A DNA stretch of 63,160 nucleotides, filler included, from Olpidium bornovanus S191 (lineage: Eukaryota > Fungi > Olpidiomycota), in NCBI GenBank assembly GCA_017911155.1. It is 31 parts of 31 records of this genome, joined end to end, with 100 filler letters (N's around TTAATTAATTAA, not from the genome) between each part and the next. Parts side by side here need not be neighbours in the genome. Positions count along the whole stretch, not along the records: positions 24,251 to 25,511 come from JAEFCI010009835.1; positions 25,612 to 26,642 come from JAEFCI010012221.1; positions 26,743 to 28,572 come from JAEFCI010002804.1; positions 28,673 to 29,675 come from JAEFCI010010865.1; positions 29,776 to 31,750 come from JAEFCI010010155.1; positions 31,851 to 35,640 come from JAEFCI010002084.1; positions 35,741 to 38,052 come from JAEFCI010012709.1; 24 more parts are not named here. The stretch is one strand, 5' to 3'. Each line of letters opens with the position of its first letter. Within the stretch, counting starts at the first letter, position 1. Shown piece by piece: positions 24,151-36,527 of this stretch. The position numbers and the translations under genes are program-made. A model generated the notes under the pieces. The model saw only the letters and a list, made by a program, of their open reading frames with translations, was not told where the DNA came from and searched no databases.

Positions 24151-25127
24151 NNNNNNNNNNNNNNNNNNNNNNNNNNNNNNNNNNNNNNNNNNNNTTAATT
24201 AATTAANNNNNNNNNNNNNNNNNNNNNNNNNNNNNNNNNNNNNNNNNNNNAAGCCGTAAATTGTCAAAAAAGAAGAAGGCAATGCCAGCATTCATCAAAA
24301 AAATACCGCTTTGGAAACTATGCAATAGTTTCGACATCCCGTGCATTTCCGATACAAACGTACCTGACATCCTACCTGTTCACTAACAGAAAATAAGCCA
24401 AAACGGCAATTTAGCGGCGTCAAAAAATAAAGGCGAATTGGCCCAATCCTCAATTCTGTGGCGTTAAAAAAAAGATAGGCCGGACCAGCAAAAAAAAGGA
24501 AAAAAAACGCCTTTGGAATTACAGCCGTCCATCGCCGTGGTTTCATCAAGTTGTCATACAAACCATGACTGCGTTTCTACAAGTTTGCAAACAGAAAATA
24601 AAGCGAGGGAACAAGCGACGTGCGCATTTTGCAGATCGCGCGTTTCTCCATACTCTGCTGCAAATAAAAGAAAAAGAAAAAGAAAAAGACCTGGGGAGCG
24701 AAGCGAAAGAGGGGCGGGTGGGTCAGCGCGCGCGGCTGGGGGGGGGCCGCAGGAAGGCAGAGAATGGGAGGGGAAGGGAGGGGTTAGGTATAGGGGGTGA
24801 TAGGGGGGAAGGCCGGTGGGAAGGAGGGGGCGGGGGTTAGGGCGGCCGCACGCGTCTCGCCCACAGAAAAAAAAAAGGAAAAAGAAAAAAATGGCGCGCG
24901 CGCACCGCCGCCGTTCCCTTACCCCGCCCGCTCTCCCCCCGCCCGCTTTTCCCCCGCGTTATAAACGGCGCTCTCTCTGTCGTCCTCTCACCCTTCTCTT
25001 TTCCGCACCGCAACCCTCCCCCGCAACTCCCCCCGACCGCCAAGCGACCGACTTTCACGTTATACCCACGGGCAAAACCGGGCGGGAAGCGCGGTAAGCC
25101 CAACGCGAAGGACGCCGCTAGTTTCTT

Positions 25128-25330
25128 CGGAGCGCGCGCTCTCCATTTCTTTGTCGTCGGGGCGAGCGCTCTTCTTTCCTTTACCTTCGGGGCGCGCGCT
25201 CTCCTTTCCTTCCACTTTGACGCTCTCGTTTCGTTCTCCTTCCGTCGGAGCGCGCGCTCTTTCCCGTTTCTCTTTCTTTCGTCCCGAACGCGCGCTCTTT
25301 GTTTGTTTTTTTACTTTGGAGCGCGCAAAG
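25128..25330. repeat. Degenerate ~30-bp tandem repeat (CGGRGCGCGCGCTCT core plus pyrimidine tail), about 6-7 units
   Basis: The core recurs at 25128, 25158, 25188, about 25246, 25286 and 25318. The minus strand reads K-[E/K]-S-A-R-[P/S] repeats. Confidence 0.7.
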
Positions 25331-25611
25331 TACCTTTTTTCCCTTGGTTTTGCTTTTAACTGGGGAGTGGGGTGTGGATGGCGGGCGAGATCGGATGCGT
25401 GTATCAGATAAGGTACATGCAGGCCGGAGGGGACATGGTAACATGGCACATGCCGCCCGGAATAAATAATAAGCGGGAGCATGGTAACATATGTTCATGC
25501 AGACCGAAAAGNNNNNNNNNNNNNNNNNNNNNNNNNNNNNNNNNNNNNNNNNNNNTTAATTAATTAANNNNNNNNNNNNNNNNNNNNNNNNNNNNNNNNN
25601 NNNNNNNNNNN

Positions 25612-26197
25612 CATGACCGGCTACGCGGGCGGGGACGTCGTCGGCGAGATCCGCCGCGCGCTCCGCCGGGCCGTGGGCGCGGCCCTGGAGCGCGGCGTGC
25701 GCCGGTGGAACGTCGTCCTGGACCCGGGCCTGGGCTTCGCGAAGACGCCGGCCCAGACGTACGAGGTCGTGCGCAAGCTGCCGCTGCTGTTCGCGCGCGA
25801 CCGCGGCACCCACCACGGCGCCGCCGCCGCCGCCGGCCGGCGGGACCCGCTGTCGCTGGCCGGCTTCCCGTGCCTCGCCGGCCCGTCGCGCAAGGCCTTC
25901 GTCGGCGCCGTCACGGGCAAGGCCGCCAGCAGGGACCGCGCGTGGGGCACCGCCGCCGCGTGCTCGGCGCTCGTCGCCAACGGCGCCGACGTCCTCCGCG
26001 TCCACGACGTCGCGGAGATGGCCGACGTCGTCAAGGTCGCCGACGCCATCTGGCGCGCGCGCGCCGGCGAAAGGGACGGAGGAGAGGCGCAGCCGCCGCC
26101 GCCTCCTCCGCCGCCGCAGCGGACGGGCAAGGAGGAGGAGGAGGAGCTGAAGGCGGACGAGCGATCGGCCTCAAGCGCCGTTCCCGCGGCACGTTAA
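25612..26197 (+). CDS. FOL1: Dihydropteroate synthase domain (C-terminus of trifunctional FOL1), 5' partial
   Basis: GVRRWNVVLDPGLGFAK (fungal Fol1 signature), GPSRKAFVG, RAWGTAAA, GADVLRVHDV; stop TAA at 26195-26197. Confidence 0.93.
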
Positions 26198-26471
26198 AAC
26201 GTGCTTTTAAAAAAAAAAAGCGAGATAAATAAAGATTAAAAAACCATAATCACGTTCCCCCGTTTCCCTGGTGAGGGGGTCGGGGAAGACGGGGTTGCGC
26301 GGGAAAAAAAAAAAAAAAAATAAAATAAAATAAAAAAATATAAAAGAGGCCGGCGGGATTTTCTGCAAATAACGGCCTCGACGGAGGGGGCGGCGGGGGG
26401 GGTCGGAATGGGGTTGGGAAGGAAAAACAAAAAGGGGATTTAAAAAAAACCCCCCCGTTTTTTCGTTTTTT

Positions 26472-26506
<35 letters not shown>

Positions 26507-26742
26507 CGGGCCGCGGACAGGTCGCTCGTTACCCCCACCCCTCCCCTGGGCGGAACGACTTGACGGCCGCGGAACGACCGGGCGAAGAGAGAGCGCGCGC
26601 TCGCACCGGTGACGTCTCTGGAGGTCGTCGTTCTCCTGTTCCNNNNNNNNNNNNNNNNNNNNNNNNNNNNNNNNNNNNNNNNNNNNTTAATTAATTAANN
26701 NNNNNNNNNNNNNNNNNNNNNNNNNNNNNNNNNNNNNNNNNN

Positions 26743-28408
26743 AACCTCGGCTACATTTCGGAAGCGGCCGCGTCATTGGTCGACCGGCGGCTCGGCTTCA
26801 ACATTGTTCCGCGGACAGAGGTGATATTCCTTTCCTGCCCGTCGTTCTACTATTCATACATGGACCGGCGGGCGGCGCGGGACCCGCGGAAGCCGAAACC
26901 CTTGCCAGCAAAGATCGGCAGCTTCCAGATCTTCCTGCGGGGATACAAGGACGCGAACATCTTCTTGCGGGAGCACCCGTGGCCCGAAAATAAAGCTTCT
27001 CGCAGCGCCGGGTCCTCGCTGGCCAGCCTGGCTTCGTCAGTGACCGGCAACCGCAACGCAAATGTCGGCGAGGAGGCGTCTCTGCTGGATCGGTCGGTGA
27101 GGGTGAGCATGGAGAGCGACTTGGAGGCAGGCGGTGTTTCTCGGCAGCACCAGGGAACGAGGTCGAGGCACGGGAGTGCAGTGCCTACGACAGAGTTCGA
27201 ATGGACACCCGAGATCATATTACAGTTCCAAGTCCAATTCGAGAAGCTTGTTATCCTGGATTATCTTATGCGAAATACAGGTTGCGCTTCGTTAACCTTC
27301 ACCGTTTACCCGCCGGTGCGCTTCTGTTCTTGTGGCGCCTTTTGCTCACGCTCTTTTTACCGGGGCAGATCGCGGCCTGGATAATTGGATGGTCAAGTAT
27401 TGCGGCAGTGGCTGGACCAACTGTCGTTCGCCACAACCGGATGGCTCCGTGGGCGTGGATTCCGACGACTTCCCGCTTTCCGACGAAGGAACGCCAATAC
27501 TTAATGCGGACGGGCGGTACGCAGAGTCACCATCTGACTCACTGGGGCCAACCACAACGCGTCCCATCCCCCCGGTTGCCAGCGAACCGCAGCTGTATGC
27601 GGAAATCACGTCGTCGACGACGGAGGCCGGGGATAAAGCGAGCTTGGCGGCGTACGCGAAGCCGCACATCCACATAGCAGCGATCGATAACGGTCTGGCA
27701 TTTCCCTGGAAACACCCGGACCGTTGGCGGTCGTACCCGTACGGGTGGCTGTACCTTTCCCCGAGCCTGACGAAGCGGCCGTTCAGTCAGGAGACCCGGG
27801 ACGCCGTCCTCCCGATCTTGACTTCCCCGCAGTGGTGGCGAGAGACGGTCGGGGAGCTTCGACGCCTGTTCGCGCTGGACTCGGATTTCCAAGAGGACAT
27901 GTTCGAGCGACAGGCGGCCATTCTAAAGGGGCAGGGATGGAACATCGTGGAGGCGCTTCGCAGGCCAGGCGCGAGCCCCGTGCATCTGGTGAACAGGGTG
28001 GCGGTCGCCGTGTGGGCGGAAGAGGTCGTCACCTTGGAGAGCTTTGACGGGGAGAGGTTTTGGTCGTACGAGGACGAGGACCAGGACGAGGAAGACTACG
28101 AGCCGTACCACAGCGACACGACCAACACCACGACGGGCGGATTCTCGGACAGCGAAGGGGAGGCGTACGACTCCCGCAGACCCCAACGGCCCCCGCTGCG
28201 CCCGTTTCGGCGACTCTCGGCGGATTATCCGCCGACGAAACATTCGCCGTCGACGCACGCGTGGCGGCAGAAGCTCAAGAGCCGCATGAGCATGGATGCC
28301 ACAATGTTCGCGTCCCGATACCGCCGGCGCCGGCCCACCATCCGCAAGCGCATGACTGAACGGCTCGAGGAATTCACGAGGGCGAGGCCGTGGTTTACCT
28401 GGTGCTGA
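26743..28408 (+). CDS. LSB6: Type II phosphatidylinositol 4-kinase, 5' partial, join(<26743..27280,27369..28408)
   Basis: YISEAAASLVDRRLGFNIVPRT, KIGSFQIF, QFEKLVILDYLMRNT|DRGLDNWMVK, IAAIDNGLAFPWKHPDRWRSYPYGW, KGQGWNIVEAL, PWFTWC*. Confidence 0.96.
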
Positions 28409-28672
28409 AAACGGGATCTATCCTTTCCCCCCCCGGCCCCCCCCCCCCCCACCCCGCCCGCGCCCCTCCCATACGGAGAGGACGCCTCCCGAGGTGCGGA
28501 CGGGATTACCGGAGCTGTCCGCGTCCGCCAGATGCTATGCTCGATTTGTTTTCCCCTGTTCCCCCCCACCCCNNNNNNNNNNNNNNNNNNNNNNNNNNNN
28601 NNNNNNNNNNNNNNNNTTAATTAATTAANNNNNNNNNNNNNNNNNNNNNNNNNNNNNNNNNNNNNNNNNNNN

Positions 28673-29356
28673 CCATGAGGGAGGCGACGATCGCCTTTTA
28701 TATTCGCCAAGATTTATGCTCGGCAAAGCGCGCTTCGGTTTGTTTTAACGTTTCGGAAGCTGAAAAGTGGGAGTGGTGTCGCGGCGCGCGCTTCAGCGGC
28801 GTCAAACCCCTCGGGCTACGTCAAGCCCTTATCGGGAGTAGCGCGCATCAAGCACAACAGCTAAGCATAAATTATTTTGCTATTTAACTATGTTTTGGAC
28901 AGACTGGTGAACAAAGGCGCTGTGGCCAAAGTTCAGCCGTGTGAACCCCTGTTTTTTCGAGGATCCCTCAAAAATCAGTGGCCCCTGCGCGTCCCACCTG
29001 CTTTAAACCATAGAGTGCTCTGCGAAGTCGTAGTCCTTATCCGGGTGCGGCATCAATATTTGCTCCCTGCGGCACTTTCAAATAAAATTCTTCCACCAAC
29101 GTGCCATTGAGGTATGCGAGCTTCACGTCTACTGCTTCGATGGTGAGGTTTCATATGGCAGCTAGAGCAAACGAAGTGCAAAGAGTCGTCATCTGCATAA
29201 CAGGGGCAAACAATTTCTCATAGTCAAAGGCGGGGATTTGAAAATACCCTTATGCGATTAGCTGGGTTTTTGTGTCTGTCGATGTGGCTGTCCGCGCTGA
29301 TCTTGGTTTTGAATACCCACTTACAGCCGATCAGCTTTCGCCCTGGCGGCACGTAC
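28673..29356 (-). mobile_element. Degenerate Ty1/copia reverse transcriptase relic
   Basis: VPPGRKLIGCKWVFKTK; (frameshift) GYFQIPAFDYEKLFAPV...AVDVKLAYLNGTLVEEFYL...LRRALYGLKQ; KAIVASLM. Contains several in-frame stops and frameshifts. Confidence 0.9.
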
Positions 29357-29574
29357 TTCGGCTGCGCGTCTGTGCTGTGGCACGGCCCTCGAACCCCCCG
29401 TCGGCTAAATGCCACGGAAGGCGGCGGGCGAGAGGCGGAGGCAGGCAAGACGCGGAGGCGGGCGAGGGGACGAGAGACAGGGGCGGGATCGAGGGGAAGA
29501 CGGCCCCCGAACCCGGGGGCCGGCCAATAGAACAATCCCCCTCGAAGCCCGCCAATCGAAGAGCACTCCCCCCC

Positions 29575-29666
<92 letters not shown>

Positions 29667-30019
29667 ACCCCAGACNNNNNNNNNNNNNNNNNNNNNNNNN
29701 NNNNNNNNNNNNNNNNNNNTTAATTAATTAANNNNNNNNNNNNNNNNNNNNNNNNNNNNNNNNNNNNNNNNNNNNCCCATTCCTTCCTCTCTCCTTCACC
29801 GCATCCGTTTCCGTTCTGAGAGCGGTGGAGCCCCAAGCCCAGGCGCGCGTATAAAATCACGTCACATCTCTCCCCCGATCCACCAAAAACGACGGGGATG
29901 CGCGGACGCGGAGTGCAACCCTTTGCAATTTCGCACCGGCGGGGAATATGGGTTGGGGTGAGGGGAGAGCAGGCGGGTTTATTGCACGCCCACACACTCG
30001 CGCGATCACAAGCGCGCAC

Positions 30020-30245
30020 TATTTTTCTCTCTCTGTCTCCCTGATTTCTTTTTGTCCGTCCTCTCTCTTTCTCTCTCTCTCCCCCTTCTCTCTCTCTTTT
30101 TCTCCGTCCTCTCTCTCTCAGTGTCTCTCCCTCCCTCTATCTGTCTCTCTCTCCCTGCTCTCTTTTTTTTTTCCTCCGTCATCTCACTCTCAGTGTCTCT
30201 CTCTCTCTCTCTTTCTCCTTCCGTCTCTCTCTCGCTCGCTCGCCG
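30020..30245. repeat. Imperfect (CT)n / polypyrimidine microsatellite
   Basis: About 220 nt of nearly pure C/T with many ctctctct runs. Confidence 0.85.
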
Positions 30246-31027
30246 GCTCGTTCTCGCGCACTCGATAGAGTGGGGCTATTGGCAATTCCAAGGGAACCCA
30301 CCTGGCTCAATTTCGCATTCGTTCGCGAGAAATCAACCTGGTTTTTCAGGGGCTAAAGCCGCCAGAGACGGAGGGTGATCTTTCTGGTGCGTGATTGCGG
30401 TAGGGTCGAGAGCCAATTCGGATTTGGAAAGTCTGCGGGATGCCGCAAAGATCCTTCTGGTTTTTCAGACCGGCGCGTTTACCGTGCGTTGGAATTCAAT
30501 ATAAAAAAATAAAACAAAAACAAAAAAATGCCGCGAAAAATGCATCGACGCCGGATCTCGGAATCTGACGGAACGCCGTTTTTTAACCAGGGCATGGCGT
30601 ACAAAAAAAAAGAAAAAGCCAGACGTCCCGTTCCGAGAGAGCAAGCCGCGCCCTGTACTTCCCGGTGCCGCCACTCGACGACGGCTCCGACCGGAATCGG
30701 CAAATTCGAAGACTTCGCCGCAATCCCTGCTCGTACCACCCCGACGACGCGGCGCGCTTCCTGCCGTTGATGGGTTCAGTCCTGGACAAAGTTACCGGGA
30801 GCTGCCGCCCAAGTCTACGGAATACGGCCCATCCGGCCCGGCGTCGTGCGGGCCGCAAATTTGTCTTTCGTAATTAAAAAAAAACGTACTGAAAAATGTC
30901 GGCTGAAATATTTGGGGGTTGCAAAACTCAGGTGGTCGACGGGAACACGTCCAAATTTTCGGTGACTTGCCCGGCCGAAACCATCGGGCGGTGCGCGGCT
31001 GTGACCCAGGGCGATGCTTCTGGTCCT

Positions 31028-31422
31028 TCACCGTGCGGAGAAATCGCCCTGCCGGGCCAGCTCCTTTTTGTAGAGGTGAGACTGCGATAGAAGGCGTAGA
31101 CGAAAGGCAGTTTGGTTGAGAATTAGAAAAACGATGGCACTTGCCGGCAGAAAAGTTTGCCAAGCCCCCGACTTCGGGGACGGCAGCAGCAAGTAACGGG
31201 CTACGACTACGGCCGCGCAACCTCCTAATCCGCCCACCTCCCCCCCCCCCTTCCTGACGTCCGATTCCAGAGACGCACGTTTGTCAGCGAGAGGGCTAGA
31301 GTCACAACGTAGATACCCGCCGCGATGTAACAGTTGACGGCCACAGCGTGCGGATCCGCAGGATCATGCACCGAGCTAGTGAACTCCCGGACCTCGATAT
31401 TGAACAGGATGCCAATTACTAT
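31028..31422 (-). CDS. RNASEK: V-ATPase Vo subunit f / RNase kappa (RNASEK, yeast YPR170W-B type); last two exons complement(join(31028..31081,31279..31422))
   Basis: AG|IVIGILFNIEVREFTSSVHDPADPHAVAVNCYIAAGIYVVTLALSLTN|GT...AG|SHLYKKELARQGDFSAR*. This fits the family pattern TM-FN..GS.xDPxDxxAVAxxCyxAAxxY-TM. The first exon was not found. Confidence 0.65.
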
Positions 31423-31596
31423 CTGAGCAAAGTGGTAGGGCGAGAGGGGAAGCAGAAAAGGGAACGAAAGATAATGAAAACAAAAAGGCGTGGTCAGGTT
31501 TCACGTCGGAATTTTGCCAGCAGACAGACGCGTTCAACAGCTTCTCCCGCTCCGCCATTTCGATACTCCCCGTCGCGCGCGAGTCGTTCAAGCACG

Positions 31597-31635
<39 letters not shown>

Positions 31636-31648
31636 GGAAACCCCCCCG

Positions 31649-31728
<80 letters not shown>

Positions 31729-32555
31729 CCCGCCCCCCTTCGCCCGCCGCNNNNNNNNNNNNNNNNNNNNNNNNNNNNNNNNNNNNNNNNNNNNTTAATT
31801 AATTAANNNNNNNNNNNNNNNNNNNNNNNNNNNNNNNNNNNNNNNNNNNNAATACGCCAAACGCGATTTGAGGCTAGACGATTTCCCACAGCCGGACTTT
31901 TTCCACACGTTGGATTACGAACGGGCGTCAAAGCTCTCAAAGTTGAGTGCCGTAGACTACATATACCATGACAGAAAAAAAAAAAAAAAAAAAAAGCGAG
32001 AAATAATGCCGACTTTTCCAGACCGGTCTGGGTAAGTCCGCGCAGATGATCCGAGGGGGGGGGTTGACAGGAAAGGGGGGGGTTCGCGAAAGAAAAAAAA
32101 AAAATTGTTGGGGGGAAAGCAAAAAAAAAAAAAAAAAAAAAAATGTCGGTCAGAATAATAGCCACAGTGTGCAAAGTCAAATGTGCTGAAAAAGGGGCGA
32201 AAGCGAAAAAAAAAAAGAATGAGCAAATAAAAAAAAATACATATGCGGCGGAAAAAATCCGCCGCGCAGCGGGGAAATAGCGAAAGGGAAGAAGAAAACA
32301 AAAAAAGCAGCCCGCGCCTGGAATGTGTGTGTGTGTGTGTGTGTGTGCCCTGTGAAGCGTGCTGCGGGCCAGGGCGAGCGGGAAGGGAGGGGCGGGGGTG
32401 GTGGAGCGGAAGAAGGTGGGGGGAAGGACGAAAACAAAACAAAATCAAAATGTCGGGTACAAGAGTTGGGAATATAAAGCCGGTATGAGATGAAGGGAGG
32501 AAAGGAGAACTCGAGCGGAAAGGGGGGAGGGGTTTTTTCTCTGCTTCGCTAGATA

Positions 32556-35531
32556 TCATTCGCCGCGCGCGAACGCGTCCCGTTTGACCCGCTCGCGGCC
32601 CGCGTAATTCGGACCGCCGCCGCCGCCGGCGGCTCTCGCCGCCTTCTCTTCGTAAAACGCGGCCTCGACGCTGTCGGCGGTCGCGCTGGAGAAACCGTCG
32701 GAGGAGGGGGAAGACAGCGTCGTCGCCGACGTCGGCAGCGACAGAGACGTCGCGGCCGACTCCTGCTCGGGAAGAAGGGGAGGCCCCTGGGGGCGGCAGC
32801 GCGCGGCGGCCTCGGCGGCGGCGCTTCCGGAGAAATTGGCCGCGTCGGCGGCCCCCAGGCGGGAAGGCGGGGTGCCGATGGGGTTCTGAGCGGCCGCGGG
32901 GCCCGTCGACGCCCTGACGGGCGCGAGCGAGAAACAGCCGCCCGGCCCCGAGCCGGGTCCGGAAGGGATCGAATACGAAGTTGACAGGTGTTGCTGCTGC
33001 GGCGGGGCCTGCTGCTGCTGCGCCTGCGGCTTCTGCTGCTGATTTTGCTGCTCCTGCTCGACGGCCGAGACGTGCCCCACGGGGCTCAGGATGCTGCCGC
33101 TCGGCGGGCGCTCGAGCGCGAGCCCGCTCCTCGCCCAGGACCCGCACGAGACTCCTTCGCGCGCTGCCGGCGAACATGACCGGCCGAGGTGCGGGGGCCC
33201 TGCCATGACGTCCCTCGTCATCTGGAAACCCAGCTGATGATGAAGCGGGGGCGCGGATGCGGTAGTCGGCGGCGCACTGAGAGGGCCGTTCGGGATGTAA
33301 AGGGAACTGCTGGGAATCGCAATCAACGGCGGCAACGGATGCTGTTGGGGGGTCTGCTGTTGCTGACCAAGATGCTGCTGCCGGACGCCGAGAGGGTTTT
33401 TCGAGTACGAAAGGCGGACGCCGCCCTTGACAGAGTTGGAGAGCAGGGTCCCCTGAAGCTCGTGGAGGGCTGCAGGATTCGAAAACCGGAGAGAAAAGAA
33501 AAAATACCAAACCCGTCGTCATTTCTTGTCATGTTTGCGCCTTCCCCCCCCCCTTCCGACCCGCGTTCGACAGATCCCTTGCGGATTTTACCTTGCGTAG
33601 CGCACACGACGTCGTCGAACTCCACAAAGCACATCGGACCGTTGGCTTTCGTCCTGAAGCACATCCTCTTGTAGCCGCGGCGCCTGGAAAAGATCGAGCG
33701 CAGCTCTTCTTCGTTGGTGTTCGGCGGAAGATTACCGACGTACAGGGTGTTGCAAGGCGGGTTCTGGTCGCCGGGGTTTGTCGAGCGGAGGCCCGGCGAC
33801 GGCATGTTGAAACCTGGAGAGAGAAGCGCGGCCGTCGCCGCGGACCCGGGCGGCGCGTACACTCCGGCGGCGTGCTGAGAGCTGTTGGCAGCAGCGGTGT
33901 TGATGGACAGATGCAAGAACCGGGCGGAGTGACCTCCGCTTCCGGTGACGGGGCCGGCCGCCGAGAGCGGGTTCAGCTGAGGCGAGTTGAAGTCTGCAGA
34001 ACCGAAGTCCCTCACGGTCGAAACACCGCACGATTGGCCTTCGGAAACCCCCGGGTTGCAGAACCCCGCAGCGCCGCCGGCAAACATAACGGAGTGGAAG
34101 CCCCGAGCGTCGTTGGGCGGGGCGGACTGCGGCATCGACGCCAAGTCGGAAAGCAGCCTGCGCCCTGCGGCGCCCGAAGATCCCAGTTCTTGCAGAGTCG
34201 CTGTCGACACGTCTTGCAGGTCCACCACGGACTTCACAGACGCAAGGCGCGTAAGGTGCTGTGCCGAGGACTGGGAGTTGAGAGACGGCCGCCTCAGCGG
34301 CAGGAGCTGGTGGTCGCTGTGATCACTACCGTCGGGCGAGTTCTCCCGGTTGGCCTTTGCCAACGAGCCAAGCAGACCTCTCGGCGAATTGGAAAAACAA
34401 GGCGCGTCGCCTCCGCCGTTGGCCTCGACCAACTCAGGTTCGGACACTACCACCGCGTTGGGACCTGCCGTGGCCGCGCATAAATTGGCCGACAGGCCGT
34501 ACGGAAGATCCGCGCTGCAGTCTTGGGGCGACACCAACAGGTCAGACGGCAGGGACGCGCCGCAAGTGGCAGGAACGGAGTAAAACGCGTCGTACGTCGC
34601 CGAGGTGGTGCTGACTAAAGGTGACGACTGAAACGACTGCTTCCTGGTCACTGACGGCGAAATCAGGGGCAAACTCTGAAGCTGTGGAGCAACCAATGCC
34701 GCGGTGCAAAACGGTGAGGAAAAGTACTGCTCGTTGGAAAGGCCTCGCTTGGTGTGGAGGTTCTTCTTCGCCATTTCCGCCTTCAAAACCGATCCCTTTT
34801 CCGCGTCCACCTTCCGGCCACTGAGAACGTCGCGGGCTTCAAGCGCGTCCAGGCGCCTTCGGAACTTCGCAAAACCGATCTTGGGTCGCAAAAGGCGGGA
34901 TCAGAGCCGAAAGAAAATCAGTATGTGAACTGGCTGCGACTCGTCATCCCCTTATTTTCCCAGCGTCTTTCCGTACCGCGCCGAAAAGCAAAACAAAAGA
35001 AAGTATCGTTTCCGGAGCGGCGCACTTACGATCTGCTTTCTGGCGTTGCCCAACGAGCCGGCGAGCGGATCAAGATCTTCCGCAGTGAACGTCGGAATCT
35101 TCAGAGTGGCCGCCTCGAACCCCGGGCAGAACACGAACATGTTCTGGAACTCGCGCTCCTGCATGTCGTCAGGAAACCCGACGACAAATATCGTGCTAAA
35201 GGACCGGAAAGTGACCGCGGCAGCAGGGGCCGAGTCAGCCGCCGCGGGAAGATAAATCGGCCGACACGTGACCGGCCGCGCGCGCAAACCGCCGCGCAAT
35301 TGCCGTTTCGGCGGGACGCGCCGCAGGTACTCACGATATCTCTTCTCCGTTGACGCCGACGTTGACGTTTCCGAAGCCGTTGCCCAACAGCGCCTGCTGA
35401 TCGATCGTCGGCATCGAGACGGGGTGAACGCCGGCGGCCGCACCCAAGGGGTTAAGGCGCTGGGAGGCAGCGCCCGCTTGCGCATACGGCGCGGCCGCGG
35501 GGTAGTCCTGGGGCACCGCCGCCGAGAGCAT
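32556..35531 (-). CDS. WHI3: Two-RRM RNA-binding protein, Whi3/Whi4/Scw1 family, probably complete
   Basis: [35 protein letters not shown]; FAKF...[29 protein letters not shown]; [19 protein letters not shown]...[20 protein letters not shown]; [18 protein letters not shown]; Q-rich low-complexity tail. Confidence 0.9.
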
Positions 35532-36229
35532 AGTCTGACGAAGCGGGGGAGGGAGCGGGGGTTGGGGGGGGCGGGGGAAATGGCCCGTCGGGGAGCGGGT
35601 GGCGGCAGGCAGCCGGGGCCGCGCCCGCGCGCCCCTCGCGNNNNNNNNNNNNNNNNNNNNNNNNNNNNNNNNNNNNNNNNNNNNTTAATTAATTAANNNN
35701 NNNNNNNNNNNNNNNNNNNNNNNNNNNNNNNNNNNNNNNNCACATTTCTACAAGGACCGGACGTGCGCCCACGGCGCCGTTGGCCAAGAGCCGGGAGACC
35801 GCGTTTTTTGGGGAAACAGTAAGAATGTCTTCTGGGGCTAAATTCAAGGATGACCTTCATGTTTTCGCCGCACCAGTTAGGCACGAGAAAATCGCGCGCT
35901 GGTTGGAAACCCTCCACCTCAGGCCGGATGCCGCCCAGGCCACCGCAACCGTCGAAGGCCTGCGACTCAAAAGGATTCCGGGAGGAAGGGACGCGGCTCC
36001 CGAAATCATAAGACATCTCTAGTTTTAGCGCACGACTCTCACCTGAATCTGCGCACTTCAGGCGCGGGCCGCCTGCGACGTTAATAGTCCTGCCGTTTTT
36101 TTATTTCTCAAACAGAGCAGCACGCAGCCAAAGCGGCTTTTTCAAACAGTGCACACGCTCCCTTCTGCACGATTTACGGCATCACCTGCGTGGAAAAAAC
36201 CCGCGCTGGCGTGGCATTTGACGTTGGGG

Positions 36230-36527
36230 ATCGTCACGCTGGAGAGCGGTCGGCGCGTCCTTCCGCCGCAGTCCAGCAGACGTGCACCGAACATCGGCGT
36301 TCGTGCGACGGATGTCGCGGGCGGCGCCCTGGGAAGCTCGCCGGCGAGCACGAAGCGGCAATTCCTGTTCGCGCGACCGTCGCGAACTTGCCGGCGCCGA
36401 GAAAATTCCCGCCATCAACCACTTTTTCCTTTTCATTTTCTTCCCACCCTGTTCGTTCCCGATTTTGCTACGGGTTCCCGGCCAGCTCCAGCACGACGAG
36501 ATCGACCAACCGCGGCGAGATTCTCGA
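36230..36527 (-). CDS. Possible leucine-rich-repeat (SDS22-like/LRRcap) exon fragments, frame disrupted
   Basis: Exon 36472-36527 reads xENLAA(+1 nt)LVDLVVLELAGNP; a downstream block reads ANRNCRFVLAGELP...LD. Needs one frameshift; weak. Confidence 0.28.

Noticed and set aside
26607-26642. NudE/NDE1-like exon (EQENDDLQRRHR) on the minus strand
   Set aside because: Only 12 codons at a contig edge; a generic coiled-coil match cannot be excluded.
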